Assembly (NCBI GenBank): GCA_012026655.1
Contig: JAAILG010001218.1
Location: forward strand, 1-64,000
Direction: 5' to 3'
Source: Hydrolagus affinis
Lineage: Eukaryota
DNA length: 64,000 nucleotides
The notes under the pieces were generated by a model. The model ran no database searches and was not told where the DNA came from. It saw nothing but the letters and a program-made list of their open reading frames with translations. Below, in pieces: positions 62,257 to 64,000 of this stretch. A program made the position numbers and the translations under genes. Numbering within the stretch: the stretch's first letter is position 1; each line of letters opens with the position of its first letter.

Positions 62257-62711
62257 AGGGGTGTAGAGCGTAACAGTTTGAAAACTCATCTTGTTCAGGG
62301 AGGAATAGGCAGAAACAAACAGTTGACAGATCTTCAATATAGAACGACTATTAGAATGACCGAAGTTGGGCTTTAGCAACAGGTAAACACCGCTGACCAA
62401 ATGAAATATTTGCATTGCCCACAAACAGGCGGGAGAAATCAAGGTCCTACAAGTTTCACACCAGGCCCAATCAGAACTCGCTTTCCTAAATGTTTCACAA
62501 AATCAGAAAAAAAGTTTTGCTCCTTGTCACTTTAAGACATTTGGTCAAACAACCACAAAGGTCCACATTTACGATAAATAACCTATTGCTCAGGGCAATT
62601 GCATTGAAACCAACAAAATATCTACATTGCCTGTTTTCAAACCACTTCCTGTGCAAAGTAGAGTCAATAAAAATTCTTTCTTCCACTTGTCATTGTGTAC
62701 AATGGACTTCA

Positions 62712-62893
62712 GGGGCTTAAAATTCCACTGAGACTTAACTCCTTACAAGCGTTTTATCGTTAAATTCAATATCGTACAGAATTGTGGAAGTTTTTGAATT
62801 AAAGTTGTGAGTTTAGGAATTTTATACAATTCTGTGTGATCTTAAATTTTGTGATACAATGACCTGACAAGCTTAGGTAGAATTTTAGATCTC
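62712..62893. mobile_element. Palindromic MITE-like element
   Basis: Imperfect TIRs (TAAAATTC-AC / GT-GAATTTTA) and an inner inverted repeat ACAGAATTGT...ACAATTCTGT. Confidence 0.55.
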
Positions 62894-62916
62894 GGATCAA
62901 ACACTAAGATATTTAA

Positions 62917-63430
62917 AAATAACAAAATTACATTTGTATAGCCCCTTTCATGATGGGAGGACATACCAAAGCTCTGGACAGTCAGTGTTTCGAATCCAAG
63001 CTGGGAGTCAGGGTCAGAGAGGGTAGAAGGTAGGGGGGAATAAAGGAAGGTGAATGAGGCACAGTTGAAGAGGAGGGTTTTGAGCTGGGTCTTGAAGGAG
63101 TCAAGGGAGGGGGCAAGCCAGAGGGATTGCAGGGTGGCGTTCTATAGAGTGGGGGCAGAGCGGCTGAAGGCTGAAGGCCTGCCCATCAGGGGCGAGGAGC
63201 ATGAAGCAGGCCGGAACCCACTGAGCGGAGGAAGTGGACAGGGAGGGCGGTCGCAGAAATGAGTGGGGAATAAGGCCAGGGAGGATTTTGAAGAGGACGA
63301 CCAAGATCTGAGGTGGTATCATCCGTGTGATGGGAAGCCAGTGGAGTCAGGTGAGGATGGGGTTGATAGTGCCACAGAGCCTGATGTGGGAGAGAACATG
63401 GGCTACATAGTTCTGTATGATCTACAACCT
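62917..63430 (-). mobile_element. L2 3' fragment
   Basis: Same family as 17595-18070 and 61037-61525. Confidence 0.85.
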
Positions 63431-63778
63431 ATTTAACCAAGCAATTTGCTATATAGAGCCATCATTCATTCAATAAAACTACTATCATTTTGTCTAGGCA
63501 TTTAAAAAACAAACACACTTGCTCACAAAAGTCACAGTTCTGCAAAAGACTCAAGGGCAGAATGTTGATATTAACAGAAGGACTTGCAATTTTTAAGCAC
63601 TTCTCATGTCTGAAAGCAATTCACATGTAATCACCAACAAGAAGCATGTAGACAACTTGACCATAACATTCACACATTTTTTTTTTCTTTTTTTTTAAAA
63701 ACACTAGATGTGCATTTCATTATCTCCCAACTAAATCTGATTGCTCACTTCTTTTTCTGTTTGGTAACCATCAAATCC

Positions 63779-63824
63779 TATATATATATATATATATATT
63801 TTATATATATATATACATATATAT
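63779..63824. repeat. (TA)n microsatellite
   Basis: Directly visible. Confidence 0.9.
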
Positions 63825-64000
63825 CACAACAGAGACATCTGATATACATTAATGCATGAAACTTGGAAGAGCTGAGGAAACTCAGCAGCATTCTCCAAAA
63901 TATCAGACATAGTATTAACTTAACTTGTTGCCTGTTCAACTGGACTTTAAAGATCTCTTGATAAATAATAACAAATAATCCTTGAATTTTAAACATCTTT

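Overview
Vertebrate genomic DNA, very probably from a cartilaginous fish (holocephalan/elephant-shark-like). This is inferred from the repeat content: a tRNA-headed Deu-domain SINE with an L2-type tail, L2 and CR1 3' fragments, and shark-type Penelope-derived short repeats. It is not microbial: there are no operons, CRISPR arrays or intact long ORFs, and the longer ORF-track entries I examined are repeat or microsatellite artefacts. The non-repeat signal is the 5' end of one large minus-strand gene that I cannot name. It comprises a CpG-rich promoter/first-exon region at about 38.3-41.2 kb with several candidate splice donors, a possible internal alternative first exon at about 29.4-29.9 kb, and a clean 75-nt exon at 14175-14249 whose strong-Kozak ATG begins MEEISPDLRKKPKEAKEYAEKTRQ. 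Bases 1 to about 39 kb would be intronic and bases above about 41 kb upstream/intergenic. The most notable items are two TSD-flanked, ~90-100 bp Penelope-type insertions carrying a degenerate minimal hammerhead-ribozyme motif, uORF-bearing alternative first exons, stacked splice donors, recurring RFX X-boxes, Pbx-Hox/homeobox-rich candidate enhancers, an unidentified 4-copy local repeat, and several nested insertions. I found no convincing new multi-gene system. Repeat boundaries are approximate, and only the clearer repeat copies are listed.
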